Positions 10,201-36,166 of a DNA stretch of 64,000 nucleotides are shown one piece after another. Position numbers and translations under genes: made by a program. The notes below the pieces were generated by a model, which had not been told where the DNA came from, did not search any database, and saw only the letters and a list, made by a program, of their open reading frames with translations. This DNA is from Orbicella franksi (taxonomy: Eukaryota): assembly GCA_964199315.1 (NCBI GenBank), contig OZ116699.1, positions 24,986,001-25,050,000 of the forward strand, given 5' to 3'. Numbering within the stretch: the stretch's first letter is position 1; the number at the start of each line of letters is the position of its first letter.

Positions 10201-12864
10201 CGATTAATGGTCGAGTTCATTTAATTTAAGGCAAAAGTTCTTATTATAGAGCCTAAACTCTCTAAAAAGATGATAGGTGGTTATAAGTTGAGCTACAAGC
10301 AAAGCTTGCGTGCAGACCGTCAATTTCCTCTCTTACTCTGATAAGAAACAAACAAACAAAAAAAAACCTTGTGACAAAGAGGGTCAATGAGGCTCACTGT
10401 GAGTTAGCCGCGATTTGCCCACCTCACCGCCGGAAATGGTAATACAAACTAGACTATACTCAGGCTGTGTCACGGTTTCCGCATCTTGAAAAGTTACGTT
10501 TAGCCTAAATTCTTCAAGTTCGTCGTTTGTAATCCGTGTCAGTCTTTTCCATCCTTAACCATCCTCGTTCCTTTATGGTTTATTATTATCTCTTTGGTGT
10601 TCTTCTATCTTACTGTAAACTATTATTTTCAGCTACGTTTCCTCCAATCAGTTTAAATGTAATTTTTGCGTGGCCAAAACTGATACGGTAAATGAAGGAG
10701 TTCCTTTAATGTTAACCATGGAAACGAGGGATATCATGTTCAGTCTCCTGACATCTTGCAAAATTGCGGGAAGATCACCACAGAGCGGAAATATCTTCAA
10801 GTAACACTAAGGAGAGATGGTTTAAAAATCGTCCTGGAGGGGCGAACCTTCTTTGAAGATCTCAGATTGAGTCTTGCACGATTTTAGACTTGGAAAACTA
10901 ATGAAACACAGAAAAATGAGATTCGTCGAAGAGGCTTCCGAGATCTCGAAATCAAATCAAACGTTTCTGAGACCCAAGAAGTTCCAGGTTCCAATCGCCA
11001 ACTCCATGGTAGCCTGTCAAAGTAGGTGGTATCGGAAAGGAAATTTGCCTTGATGAAAACAGGCAGGTAACATCTTGTCCAGCAACTCCCGGCGATAATT
11101 TTTTTCATGCAATCTCCAACGCAACACTTCGTTTACAGACGAATTGTAAGAAAACATTAACACGCTTCCACTGGGATTGGACATGTAACCGTGACTGCAA
11201 AATTTTGAAAAGTGCAAGATTGTTTTTCTCAGCTCGTCTCGCAACGCACAAGCTGAGAGTTTGCTGACCTCGAAGGGTCAAGAGACCCAAAGGGACGGAT
11301 AAATTATGAGAGTCTGGCTTTTTTATTGATCTTGGTGGAAGATTCAAACGAGTTGGATTCGTGGAGAGCCGAACTCCCATTCCAAATACGCACACCGTTT
11401 TTAAGGCGTTAAATTTCATTGAACATAAAAGGTAATTTCTACTCGTATTATCTCATCGATATTATGTAACCATGACCTTGAAAAAGAGCAAATTTAATTT
11501 TTCTCTTTTTGTTAACTTGATATGGAACTTCGCCAAAAAGGAAAGGCAACCCGTTTCACATGGTTCTAGTTCAACATCTTTCAGCTGCAACTTTTGCGAA
11601 CAGGCTGAGATTTCAAACTGACAAGGGCAACTCTTTAAATTGCGACCTTTGCTATCAGAATGTATAGAACGCACATGCACTTAGAAATAAATTGACCAAG
11701 GTATCCGTTGCTTTGCGTGTTTCCAAAAAATTCCAAAATTTAGCTGTCGACGCTAATTAGGAACGGCTATGGTATACTAGGTAGTCTGCCTCAGTAACAA
11801 ATATAATGGACGAGGAAAATCAGCAACACTCCCTCAGTGTTACCGGATTGGTTTCTTGAAAGAAATTTACGTGCCTCAGCGTCGTTCGAATACACCTACA
11901 TTACGTAAAGAAATTCGTGTTGTAGTTGTAATATCAATTAATATGATCGTCACAAAATAACCCATCTTTGACCTTTCGTACTACTGCTTTCAAGAAAGTG
12001 ACAGAATGCCTTGATTCCATGTCATTATCCCAGCATTGTCAATACTGGCCGTGTTATTGACGAGATGAAATTTAATGTTCAACCACTTAGCTAAAGTAGC
12101 GAAAGACAAACCGACAATAAACAGTTCCTCTTTGTTTCTCAGTGGAACCGTAACGTGATTTCCGTGAAGCGCATCGAGTGATACGAGGCGTGCTATCCAA
12201 AAACTGATGGTTGATTTCAGTCTGCCAACTTGTAATGTTATGTTTGCTAAATTAATAGTTTGCGACCTGAATCGACCACCGTCCTAACTTCCTACAACTG
12301 CGACACTTGGGGTGAGGTTTCCTGAGTGCTGTAATCAATGAGTGTAGCGAAGGATCTGGTTGACAGCGACATCTTCTAGTTTGCCGTGTTTGCTGCTGCA
12401 GCGTTTTTGCAACAAATACAGCAGAAATAATTGTTAATACGGTATTTGCACTAATCGGATTCTATGAAGATTCCAGACCTTCCAGATTATTGTTGTATAC
12501 CTTGGGCTAACGTGAATCCGATCGGGAAGATTTGTGACGGCTTGATAAAATTTTAGTGACCGACTTGAATAACCTTACCTTGCTTTTCTTCTGCGCTGCG
12601 ATGATTCATTTTGCCCTGGGAATTATAGAAAAAACACGACGTTAAAAAGGGTCGCCAAATTGCTGACCGACCCAACGGTAGGAGAAAATTGCACGCACCT
12701 TCTTTGCGCTGAAAAATGTTTATCGTAAGGTAGGATGAATTAGTACTTACCGTCTTATAGTAGCCTGCTTCGGTCCATGTACACAAACAGAGGAGTGACC
12801 AAATCACGATGAAGTCCCACGTACTACAAGATATCATCGCTACGGAGCTTCCTCTAGAGCTCAT
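4242..12864 (-). CDS. ADAMTS/ADAM (M12B reprolysin) family secreted metalloprotease, signal peptide and prodomain exons (5' part)
   Basis: Exon 12751-12864: MSSRGSSVAMISCSTWDFIVIWSLLCLCTWTEAGYYKT (signal peptide-like). Exon 5838-5989: HLINSLGEFDITYPTELDHRG...HRRRRRSV...PIIYE. Exon 4840-5034: VQFKGKTIKMILRVNTKLFG...HCYLVGE...VAISDCDGL. Exon 4242-4437: VGIIDLGNDTIYIEP...PHLLYRKS. All have GT-AG boundaries; these are Pep_M12B_propep hallmarks (CxYxG, SxCxGLxG, YxIEP, HxxYR). Phases agree from exon 2 to exon 4, but exon 1 (ends phase 0) and exon 2 (starts phase 1) disagree. No catalytic HExxH motif was seen in the window. Confidence 0.85.
6978..7130 (+). repeat. G-rich degenerate minisatellite (about 18-19 bp unit)
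   Basis: Repeated gggtgcgtgggtggcga / ggtggggaagg variants. Confidence 0.8.
8425..9044. mobile_element. Tc1/mariner-type MITE with internal 82-bp tandem duplication
   Basis: Ends (t/c)agtggaacccc and ggggttccactg flanked by TA. Internal ttattacgacc unit starts at 8472, 8554 and 8636. Related short copy at 37171-37326. Confidence 0.8.
9345..9408. repeat. (TTTA)n microsatellite
   Basis: Directly visible. Confidence 0.9.
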
Positions 12865-13730
12865 AAAACCAGTCTCACGAGAATTTGCCGAGATTTCGAG
12901 CAATTATCTGTGACTCGCCGTCGGTCTGCCAAATCTGTATTTAAACAACGCTGAAGGCCACTGAATGACGTCACATCCGCCGTTCTCCATCCGTTGTGGC
13001 ACGTAATTGGTTAATATGTCGTGATGAAATAAAAATCTGTCAGCAGATGCGGCATAGCTAGTCGAGGCCAAAAAAAATCATCACTCAACATGTGTGAAAC
13101 GGTGCTCGTTGGTTACTTTATTTGATTTGATCACGTTTATTGGAGAAAAACGGATGTAACCAAGAAAACAGGCTTTGGGTCTCCATAGAATTATCTGTGT
13201 ATGGTGAGTGGGAAGTGTTGAATCTTACAGAGCAGGAGATATAAAGTGGATAGAGTTTGCTTGTTTAGGTCAAGAACATTGGAGAATTTTCCGGTAGACT
13301 TTGCCAATGTGTAAAGAGCAAACTGAAATGGGGTTTTATACCATATTAGATGGCTTTTAGGCCAAAGCGTTGAAGCACATACCGTTTATGGGAATTTAGG
13401 CGGTGACTCAAAAGAAGGAGTGGATCAGTCGCCCAGAGGGCAAGTGGCTGAGTCGGAAGGAGCTGAAAGGGTCTGCAGTCGGCCTCCGTTGGATGTGGAA
13501 AGGAGGCGTGTTAAGAGGATTTAGAAACTGACTGTAGGTTGGGAATGCCTCCGGTAGGCCAACGAGCCGGAATTCTGCCATGGCAACACAGCACAGCATC
13601 AAGAAAGGATGAGGTCATCCTGGTTCTCTTGACAGCATAGCATAGCTTTCATACAATGTACTGGGTTATGGTTGTAGGGTATTGACAGGGCCCGTCTGCA
13701 GTTAACTGAAAAATAACATTTTTTTTCATA

Positions 13731-13906
13731 ATAGGCCACGTTCGATATATCAATATTCTAACATGGCTCCGAGGCTTTCAGGACAAAATTGCGATTTTTC
13801 TAAGTTTCTTTTGTCCCTCATTTACCAAACACAACCAAATATAGAAGAGTTTGTCCTGAAAGCCTCGGTGCCATGTTAGAATATTGATATATTGAACGTA
13901 GTCTAT
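13731..13906. mobile_element. Palindromic MITE
   Basis: ataggccacgttcgatatatcaatattctaacatggctccgaggctttcaggacaa is inverted against ttgtcctgaaagcctcggtgccatgttagaatattgatatattgaacgtagtctat. Confidence 0.85.
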
Positions 13907-15583
13907 AGTGAAAGAAGGAAAATCCCTCCCTCCCTCGGCCGGGGTACACTTTGGTCATAGGGTCACTAACCAAAAAATATTCCTTGTTCCTTTAAAAAAA
14001 AATTGATGACGTCCCGTAATTGCTCCCCTAGCCCTCTGGGAGGCCCTTATTCTTTGAAAAGCACATGACAAGCAATATATCCCCTCTGCTACTAAGCAGA
14101 ACAACAAGGATTTTTAGGTTAGAAATAAACGAAAAAAATAGGTTTGTTCAATTAAATAATATTGAAAAACGTTCTTTGAAACAAAGTTCAATTAAGTACA
14201 TCAGAGCAAGCTAACTTATTTGTGAGCGGCAACAATGAGATATGGTGAAAGTTTATTAACCCCAGATGATAACTCGGATAATAACTCTTTCACTCTACGT
14301 GTAGGCTACCTCATGTAAACTTCTGATTTGCATCGGAGGAAGTTATAGATGAGGCTCTCATGATCATTGTAAGGGGCAAAATTTTAACGGAAGCTCGGCA
14401 TGTCGCTGTCCGAATTTCGTCTCAAAGACTGACCGTAACTAAGGGCAGGCATTTCTCAGTCATTAAGCTAAAAGTGTTTTATTTCAGTCGCCAATTCTCG
14501 CCCTTCGCTGACATAACATTCTCAGCTAACGAAACTGATTCCCAAACGAAAAAGAATTTACAACCTCTACAGGCAATAATTTTTCGGGTTTTGGATCGCT
14601 GCAGTGTACAGCGCATCGTCAGTTTTGAAAGGTTACTATGCACTGATCTTGTTAACTCATGACGTCTGGGCTTATCATAAAAGTCATAAAAGTATACCTT
14701 GCAAACAATTTTGACAACGTACTTTCTTCGGACGGCTTTCCATTTTCTTGCTACAGTATATGTCACTGTGCTTGATCAGAATGCGAGGATATGGACAGAG
14801 GCTCTGCATGGAATCAAATGCAAATCTCAGATCTCGGCTATCAGTTCATTATAAAAAAATGTAGTTTCTCTGGTGAAAGTAACTAGGCTGCCAGTTATAA
14901 ACTCAGGCGGTTTGAACAATTCTCAGCAATGATAGTTTCACGACTCGCGGCGCACGAGTGAGATGTAACTTTAGCCCATTTGGTTCCATTGTTTATGAAA
15001 CAATCCAAACAGAAGCGATCAGTCGCAAAAAGGTTGAGATAGAGGTGATTTTTGCATGTACCGACTCCCAAGCACAACTCAGTTCCATTGCTTATACCAA
15101 ACAGATTCGACTAGATATCTCGTGCGTGTGTCCAGAATAAATCCTTTGGCCCGAGTAACAATTTCGATATTCAATACCAAATTCGACAGTTTCTATGTAA
15201 ATCCGTAGATTTCTTCATCGAAATTTGAGCATTAGTCATTCTGCTTACCCAAATTATAGTCTGTGCAGTTAGTGAACAACATGTGCTTGAGTAAGACAGT
15301 CAGTTAGTTCAACACCTGTATAGAGCGAGGACTGAAGAGACATTTTAGGGAATGGGACATGAACAAAGAAGTAATTTATGTAAACTACTTCCTTTTGTCA
15401 AATAATTTAGATATTGAAGGAATGAGTTGTAGAGCAACTAAACTGAAATTTATTTCTTCATCTTTAGTTTCTTTATTCAACCCATTTTGAAGTCACTGGC
15501 GATCAGTTGCAACATGATTGGCTCTCAGCAGTGCCATTTATTCACGAATCGCACTTTTTTCGCATATTTTCCCCAGCGAATGA

Positions 15584-15767
15584 AATAGGCCATTTCCGAG
15601 ATACCTTGTGCCTCTGTTTCAGAACAAGTCCTCGTGCAAAACTTGGCATACGAAAACGAGTTTGATTTACATAAAATGAACCTGTAGGTGGAACACATTC
15701 TCTTGATGGTTTCGCACCAATACTCGTTTTGACACAGAGGCAAAAGGCATTTCGGAAATGGCCCGTT
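15584..15767. mobile_element. MITE family; related copies at about 25715-25830 and 25890-26065
   Basis: Ends aataggccatttccga and tcggaaatggcccgtt. The internal ctcgtgcaaaac...gagtttgattt.cat.aaaat segment is shared among the copies. Confidence 0.75.
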
Positions 15768-16178
15768 GCATTGGAACGCTAAAAGAAGAAGGAGAACACC
15801 GCTCCAATATTTCTGGAGATATTCTTTATTCATTGCATTACTGTTTTAGTTGAACTACTTATGACGTCATCACTTTCCTAATTTGCATAACGTAAAAACT
15901 TCAATATCTCTAAAAAGAAAGAAGATATTCCAAAAAGGAAAACGCCATTCTTCTTTATTTTGAAAAATCTTTAAATAAGCAGTAATTATTTTTCATTCCA
16001 TAGGCCCTTCAAGTAGCCAATCAAATTGCAGAAAACCCAATGCGATTTATTTTTGAATCGCACTATTTTTTGCTCCACATAGCATATTTTTTTCTGTTTT
16101 GCATTCATAATGAGATGTAAAAGCGCGTTCACTTGTGCTTTTTAACAAACAGGCTACTGGGTCAATAAAATACTGGTA

Positions 16179-16626
16179 CCGTAAATCTTCGAATCAGCGC
16201 CCGGGGCGCCTATTTCAAATTTAGGAGGAGACGAGGGACGCTTATTCGAGGGGGGCGCTTAATCGAGGGGGGGGGGGGGACGCTTAATTAATTTTTCCCA
16301 ATTTCGTGACCTAACATGATCATTTTTGTAATACATCATCTGCGCGTAAACAGCAACATAAGCTGTTTTTCGACATAAAAAGCTGATCCTAAAGTTTAAA
16401 TCGCGGCACCGTTAGTACACACAAACCGAAACAATGTACTAATCTAATACTACACGACGAAAACTATACATCCTTTGTTGTCTCATTACTCGTCCACAAA
16501 ATGGGGGAGGGGAGGGGAGGCGCTTATTCGAGGAGGGGCGCTTATTTTAATTTTTGGCCAACTGGAGGAGCGCTTATTCGAAGGGGGCGCTTATTCGAGG
16601 GGGGGCGCTAATTCGAGGATTTACGG
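16179..16626. mobile_element. Tc1/mariner/pogo-type MITE
   Basis: TIR ccgtaaatcttcgaatcagcgccc vs gggcgctaattcgaggatttacgg, TA on both flanks, subterminal gcgcttattcgaggggg repeats. Confidence 0.85.
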
Positions 16627-17715
16627 TACTCACTAAAATCCTGCATGTGGGCAGTTAAACTGTGAGATTTCAAAGTGGATTTAATAAAGTGATAATTGAT
16701 CTTTGTGTCGTGCAATTTTGGTCTGAAATCATAATTGTTATTCCAAAATCGAATCGAACTCGCGCTGCGCGCTTGTTCGATTTTGAATTCATGCATATGA
16801 TTTCAGAATAAATTGCGCTTCCGGCTCAGTTCAGTTATCATTATTCATCGATTGTAAACAAACAACAACAACAGCAAAACACTTATAATTAACCAAATTC
16901 AGTACTGCACAACACTTCTACATGACGCTGTGGATTTTAAATACCCAAGAGATAAATAAATACCCTCATTTTCTCTTGAAATACCGGTACCTCAGATAGG
17001 CTTTTGTGCGTTATGCTATTATTTCCCCACTAATATGCTCTACCTTAATGCTCTATTTTTCCACTAAAATGCTCGGTTTCCCCCCAAAAAGTCACTAAAA
17101 TGCTTTTTTAAATTTTAATAATTTTAACTGTTTCAACACAATTAACAGTTCAGAGTGCTTAACAAAAACGTGTACTTAGTATAACAAGTTGGCAACAATG
17201 TATGTAATAGTTTTAATACACCAAAAGATAATTCTCCAAATGATCTGTTGTTCTGTTAATCCTTTGTCCCCTTTCAGTGATACTTAATCTTCATTTTCTC
17301 GTAAAAAATAAATTTTATTTCTATTTTCTGTGGAAAAAATGTGAATTTTCTAAGAAAATGCCACTAAAATGCTTGAATAATGCTTAATGCGTTTGCCTCA
17401 CTATAATGCTCGAAAAAAATGCTAGCATAATGTACAAAAGTCTAACCTCAGAAACCTAGAGAAAGGCGTGGCAATCATATTTCTTTCCTTCGCTGCTGCA
17501 ATTTTTGCACCAGTCTAGTTCTTGTTAAATTTAGTATTTCACTTCATCTGCAACACCGCGTCACTTCTTGGAACAGGACCTCAGAACTGCATAAACAGAC
17601 AAGAAGAGCGCGCATATCCTTCACTTCACCGGTGGTACCAATATTTCTATTATTTCCTGATCCTGGAACTAGCGCGGTTAACTCAGCGCGGCTGGCCGCG
17701 CGGCTGCAAATTTGA

Positions 17716-17778
17716 TCATGTGACCACGTTCTAGCCAATGAAATTGATGGTTTTCCTTAGTCGCCATTAACAGGAAGT
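17716..17778 (+). promoter_or_regulatory. Proximal promoter module of UBE2D paralog A
   Basis: TCATGTGAC (17716), GCCAATG (about 17734), CCATTAACAGGAAGT (17764-17778). The same ordered motifs lie upstream of paralog B. Confidence 0.55.
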
Positions 17779-17858
17779 GTGCCAATTCTTCGTACACGGG
17801 CACAGAAAAATTGCCTGTTCTAAGAGTTTCTCGCATCGTATAATATATTCTGAAGGGG

Positions 17859-23933
<6,075 letters not shown>

Positions 23934-24751
23934 CTCTGAAAGGCACTTTCTAACATTATTTTGTCTCTGGCAAGAAGTCTTGTTGTAATGTACATTTTAT
24001 AATGTTATGTTCCAATGCTCTTTCTCTGCTAAGCTTGAATGATTTCCTAGTTATTTTCTTCTCTGAAGAAAGGCTATCAGCTATAAGATGCACTCAGCTG
24101 CTTAGACAGAAAACATCTAAATATTATCTGTGAACCAGGTACTCACATGTATTAAATTCAGATTTTAAATATTACATATGACACGGATTTAGGGTACTGA
24201 AGGTTTGTATATGTTTCTGTTGCTACTGGAAATGTTGCTTAAATTAAGTACTGTTGTATATATACATATGAACTAACCATAAATAATATCTGAATGATGC
24301 CAACACTTTCAACCGAAGCTTCAGTATAGAAATTATCCTTCCCAACAACAGCCTTGCATTTGTGCTTAGTTTATCTGAGAGCCAGAATTTCATTTGTAGG
24401 AGATGCATGTAATGTACAGGTACCATCAGCTCTCTTTAATAGCTTGGTTGCTCATTTCTGTTAACCTACAAGTAGAAATAAATGTCAGTTTCTTGTGGTA
24501 TTGATAGAAGGAGTTAAAATCTACTATTTTACTATCACTGTTTTGTAAATTAGTTTAACCGAGTCCAGCCATCCGAACTTTAGCAATGGTACAGTTGGAG
24601 ATTAGCACTGATTTAATTAAAAACCACCCACTCCCTCCTCCCCCTTTACACGTTTATTAATAATAAATAATTGTATAGATAACTATAACTGTAAAGTAAG
24701 AACTGTAGACATTGTCACTAGATTGTGTTTTTGTCACCTATAGAGGTCTTG

Positions 24752-24757
24752 AATAAA
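24752..24757 (+). terminator. Probable polyadenylation signal of UBE2D-A
   Basis: AATAAA inside a block conserved with the paralog B 3' UTR (36161-36166), followed by U/GU-rich sequence. Confidence 0.55.
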
Positions 24758-27700
24758 TAGACAATTTAGCAGTTGACATTTGGTTTGTGGTTTTCTTTGT
24801 TGTTCTACACCTTCTATTTTTATACCTCCCTACTCAAATATGTTGTCCTATCGGAGGAGAACGTGTCACGTGTCGTGGGTCAAAACTCACTAACTCCCTA
24901 GGGCGAACAAAACTCACTAACTCCCGAGGGAAACAACATCTTGAACTTTCGACTCGCACTTGATCAGGTCATGCTCCTTGAAACCGCGGCAAATTTGTGA
25001 GCCAGCCAGCGTCAAGCAAACGATTTCTTCGCAGTTTTTTTCTATTTTTGAGTTGGAAGGTATAACAAAACACTTAATGACTGGTCCCGCGGGAAGCAGT
25101 GAGTTTTGTTTCCCCGAGACCTCAATTTTCAATGTTGAGGGTCTCGGGGAAACAAAACTCACTGTCTCTCTTGGGGCCAGTCATTAAGTGCTTATTATTG
25201 CCCTTCACTTCAGGTATGTTAGTCTTGTGCAGTTGTTTTCTTAGTGTGAAAAGAACTCTAGCGAACATATTTTGTCCATCAATGACTTGGCCGGTTTAAT
25301 GAGCGACGGTGGTGATCACCATATGAAGGCAATGAAGTCTCTAGCTGAAACCCTTTTCGAGCACCCCCCCTCTCAGTGAAGCCAACAGATTTTGGCGCCA
25401 GGTGGCAGGATAGAAAGACACCTGGTCCAGTTGTTCGAGAGGTGGTAAACGCTATCCACAGGATAAATCCCTTTCCAGTGGCTAAGTGAACAAACCAAAC
25501 CACGCTATCCACTAGCTAGCCATTTATCCGGTGGATAGTTCTTACCACACCATTTGGACCGTTCGGTCGTCTTTTTAAAGACGAAGTCGTAAAGAGTCTG
25601 CAATTCTTGAAAAGGCTAGAGATCTCTGGACTGGCCTGGATAAAGTATGGAAAATAATGATTAAATCTGGAAAAAATGGGAAGGAAATCTAGTTATTTTT
25701 CCAAACTGCAACGATAGGCCACTTCCTTGCTGTCGTTTACCCCTCCTTCAGAACGAGTTCTCGTGCAAAACGTTTTGTGTGAAAATGAGTTTGATTTGCA
25801 TGAAAATAAACATCCAGGTGGAACTTTTTTACTCAATAAAAATTGAAGTCTTACGCCGGAAAGCCTAGTTATTTTTCCAAGCCGCAAAGATAGGCCACTT
25901 CTGAGCTGTCGTTTGTCTCTGTTTCAGAACGAGTCCGTGCAAAACTTTTCTTATGCATAAAACATATGATGAAAAGGAACAATCCTGTGGAACATTTATT
26001 GAATGTTTTCTCACGAAGACTCGTTTTGACACAGGCAATAGTAAACTCGGAAATGACCTATTGCTTGGATTGCTTAGTGAATTCGCTGTCAGCCAGTCAA
26101 ATTTCAGTGCATGTACATCGACCGGATTTTCATGGTCCACACTCTTGTGACACCCTTATTGATCAAATAAATGACGTCATGAGATGTGGTTCGGACGTTT
26201 TATGACAATTTCTATGGTAGATTTGTTTGCGTTTTTTTTTTTCGATTATACCAAAAATTCAGCGAATTTATCGGGCCGATCCCCAGAAAATGTTTTTTGT
26301 CTTTTGTTTAGACAAACTGGCGAGTGCCCTACGGCTGGGAAAAACTAGTTGTTCAAATATCCCGGGGTAGTGGCTCAAAAATGTTTGTTTTCTTCGTTTA
26401 TTGTCTTACCTTCAAGTCCTAAGCTTGTAGGTCTTATTTCCCGTACTGGTGGAAAAAAATATGTCGTTCTGCAGGTCTAGCGTCTCATTTATGTCCTACT
26501 GGATTTATTCAGTAGGAAACTTATCGTATTTGTCGATGAACTTGGTCAATAGAAGAAGCGACAATTACTGTAAGGTGAAAAAGTGAGATGGTCAAATTAA
26601 CAAATTGATGTCAGCTTTTTATGCGTCTGTCCTGATACTGATCATGAATTTCGTCATAGCATTATCAAACGAGCTGTGGATCCAGAGTAGCCTAGTGGAT
26701 TCGCTGACTACTTTGACAATGTTATGACGAAATTCATTGTCAATAACAGGACAGACGCATGAAAAACTGAAGTCAATTTGTTTTCTATAGTAACAATTTG
26801 CCAAATTGTCCGCTCTCGCTCGTTGACGCATCGCGTAAGTTATAAATTTATGTGTCTGTCCGGTTATTGACAATGAAACTTAGCCAATGAGCGCGCGAGA
26901 ATTTCTTCAATTATTGTAAAATGCCTCGGAGCATGAGACGTTAGTACGCGTCCGAATACAGACTAGAATTAACGTTAACGACGTCCCTCGTCCTTTCTCG
27001 AGGTGAACATCAGTCCCGCTTTTTGCTCATTTATAATCTTCTACGATAATCTTTGTCAGTGCCGCCAAGAACCACTAACACATGTTTGGTAGAGCTCCAT
27101 GGTGTTGATTTGGCTGAACACTGTCAAAGAGAGCTTCTATCCTATACGTTCTTGGGCTTCACTTCCGGGTGGCTTCGGGCAGGGCTCTCCATATGAGCAC
27201 AGTCAACCCAGCTGTTCCGGTTTCGGAGATCTAATTTCAGTACCACTACTTGTTTCTTTCTAAAAGTTTCAATGGGTTCAAGGCCGGTCTCGCAGCCAGT
27301 CTACACCCCTGCCCTGGTTTAACACTAGGGGTGCACGACCCGGTATGGTAAATATTTAGGCTTCTAAAATCGGTATGTAGGATGGCTCGGTATATGTCAC
27401 AAAAGTTTACAAAAAAATTACGCAGCAGTGCTAAAAATCTTAAGCTTTCCTGCTGGCGCAGCTGCAACTAGGCAGTCCACTCATCTCCTTGTCGACCCCT
27501 GTGTAGCTCTTAATTTGTTGCGCTATTTTCCGGCTCTTTTTCGGCGTCCGTTTGTCGCCCGTATTGCCAATTTTACATCTCCATTTGATTTTAACCAACA
27601 AAACTGAGCGCCTGAAAGAGAAGAATGCTACAAGCTCTTCTTTAGTCCTGCAGTTTCGCTTCAGTACTTTAACTTAATGCATAAATACTTTGAATTAATT

Positions 27701-27805
27701 ATCAACGAGTCATAAAATAGGAGCGTGACTTTGCAATGACGCCATACGTCATACCACGAGAAACAACACCCATAAAAAAGACTGAAAACTAGCCCGGCTT
27801 GTGCA

Positions 27806-27886
27806 GGTCATGTGATCAACTTTTGGCCAATGGCACAAGGCAAAACTAGCTCACACGTTTCGTCTTGGTCTCCATTAACAGGAAGT
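27806..27886 (+). promoter_or_regulatory. Proximal promoter module of UBE2D paralog B
   Basis: GTCATGTGATC, GGCCAATG, CCATTAACAGGAAGT (27872-27886); the start codon sits in a YY1-like AAGATGGCG context. Confidence 0.55.
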
Positions 27887-27958
27887 TTGGGATCTAAATC
27901 GCACCATAGAATTTGGCTTTTCGTTCAATTTTCGACAGCATAATAGCTTTCAAAGAAG

Positions 27959-34808
<6,850 letters not shown>

Positions 34809-36160
34809 ACTTTGAAGGACCTGACTTTCTCCTGTCATGCAAGAAGTTTGGCTGTGTGCTCTAAACTTATTGTTATGTGTAAGGTTATTTTAAGTCCTGT
34901 GTCCTGTAAGTTATGTCAAATACTTTGTTTGTGCATATTGTCGTAATTCTGTAGTAATTTTTCATTGATGCCATCAATTTGATGACATGTCGCTCAATGA
35001 TGTTGGGATTGAGTTTGAACACCTGGTGCAAAAACATGACCTAAGTGGTTATCAGAACATGAAGTGATTAACACTAATTACCAAGATAATCCAGTGAACC
35101 AATGAAGACTAAAAGCAAATACATTCAACTTTCACAAAACATGAGAAAACACAACTGAACCGGTCATGATTGGGTTTGGTTTTTCTTCTGATTGGAAGAC
35201 AAAGTGGCACGAGTGTTTTTAAGTGTAATTTGCAAAACCAAAGGAAATACATATTACTTTTGACACTTAAGTGGAAATGGCTCTGAAGGTTGAAGGTATT
35301 AATTCTTGAAGTGAGTCAGTTAGTACTCAAGTTCCATGAAACCATATGCCATCATGGCTGAGAGTTTGAGTAAATCTAAATCCTTTCAGGCCATATTTGT
35401 AAACCAGAGTCATTGCTGTTGACGGTGATGGGACCAAATGTTGGCCTAATGCACCGTACAGGTTAAAATTTGTTAACCAGTCATGACATGTTTGATGCCC
35501 ATTGAGGCCATCGTTTTTTGTACCTCATGTTCACACAGTTAATAATGAAAACAGGAATAGTACCGTAACCATTTTGATTACTGTTTGAAATGGGCCTGTT
35601 TTCTGGTGTAGTGGTTCATGTGTCCATTTATCAAATTCAGATCTTGATTAATGCACATATAGTGCAGTAAATGTTTGTTAGTGGTGACGCTTTTTGTGAG
35701 TGTTCTTGTACGTGTACATATGCAGTGATTGTTAATAATATCAACACTTTCAGCCTCACATTCAACATCTAAATTCTCCTTAAAATGTTGTGAATTATTT
35801 TACACTGTTTTTTTTCTGAGGATTAAGTAGCAGGTAGTGTACAGAATGATGTATTTTGTTAACTGTAATAGTTTCTTTGGTTTCAAGTTATCTCTAAGAA
35901 GAAGTTAGGTGTTGCTTGCTTGTGACATTGAAAGTGTTAAAACCTACTTTTTTACTATCACAGTTTTGTATTAGTTGTAAATCCAGTTTACGTCTGTAAA
36001 TTGGCAACAGTATAGCTTGTAACTGACAGTGAATGGGTTAGATGCCAAGGAACCCCCTGCTTATATTTTATTGCTAAGGATAATTAAGATTACCACAAGT
36101 GCAATAACTTTAAGCTTGAGCAGTTACTAAGTTGTCTTTTTGTCGCCTATGGATGTTGTG

Positions 36161-36166
36161 AATAAA
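36161..36166 (+). terminator. Probable polyadenylation signal of UBE2D-B
   Basis: AATAAA in the block conserved with paralog A. Confidence 0.55.

Noticed and set aside
27140-27360. GC-rich segment with a 9-bp hairpin upstream of UBE2D-B as a possible ncRNA
   Set aside because: No resemblance to snRNA, SRP, RNase P/MRP, U3 or tRNA that I could recognise; one hairpin plus an ETS-like CCGGAAGTG fits promoter DNA.
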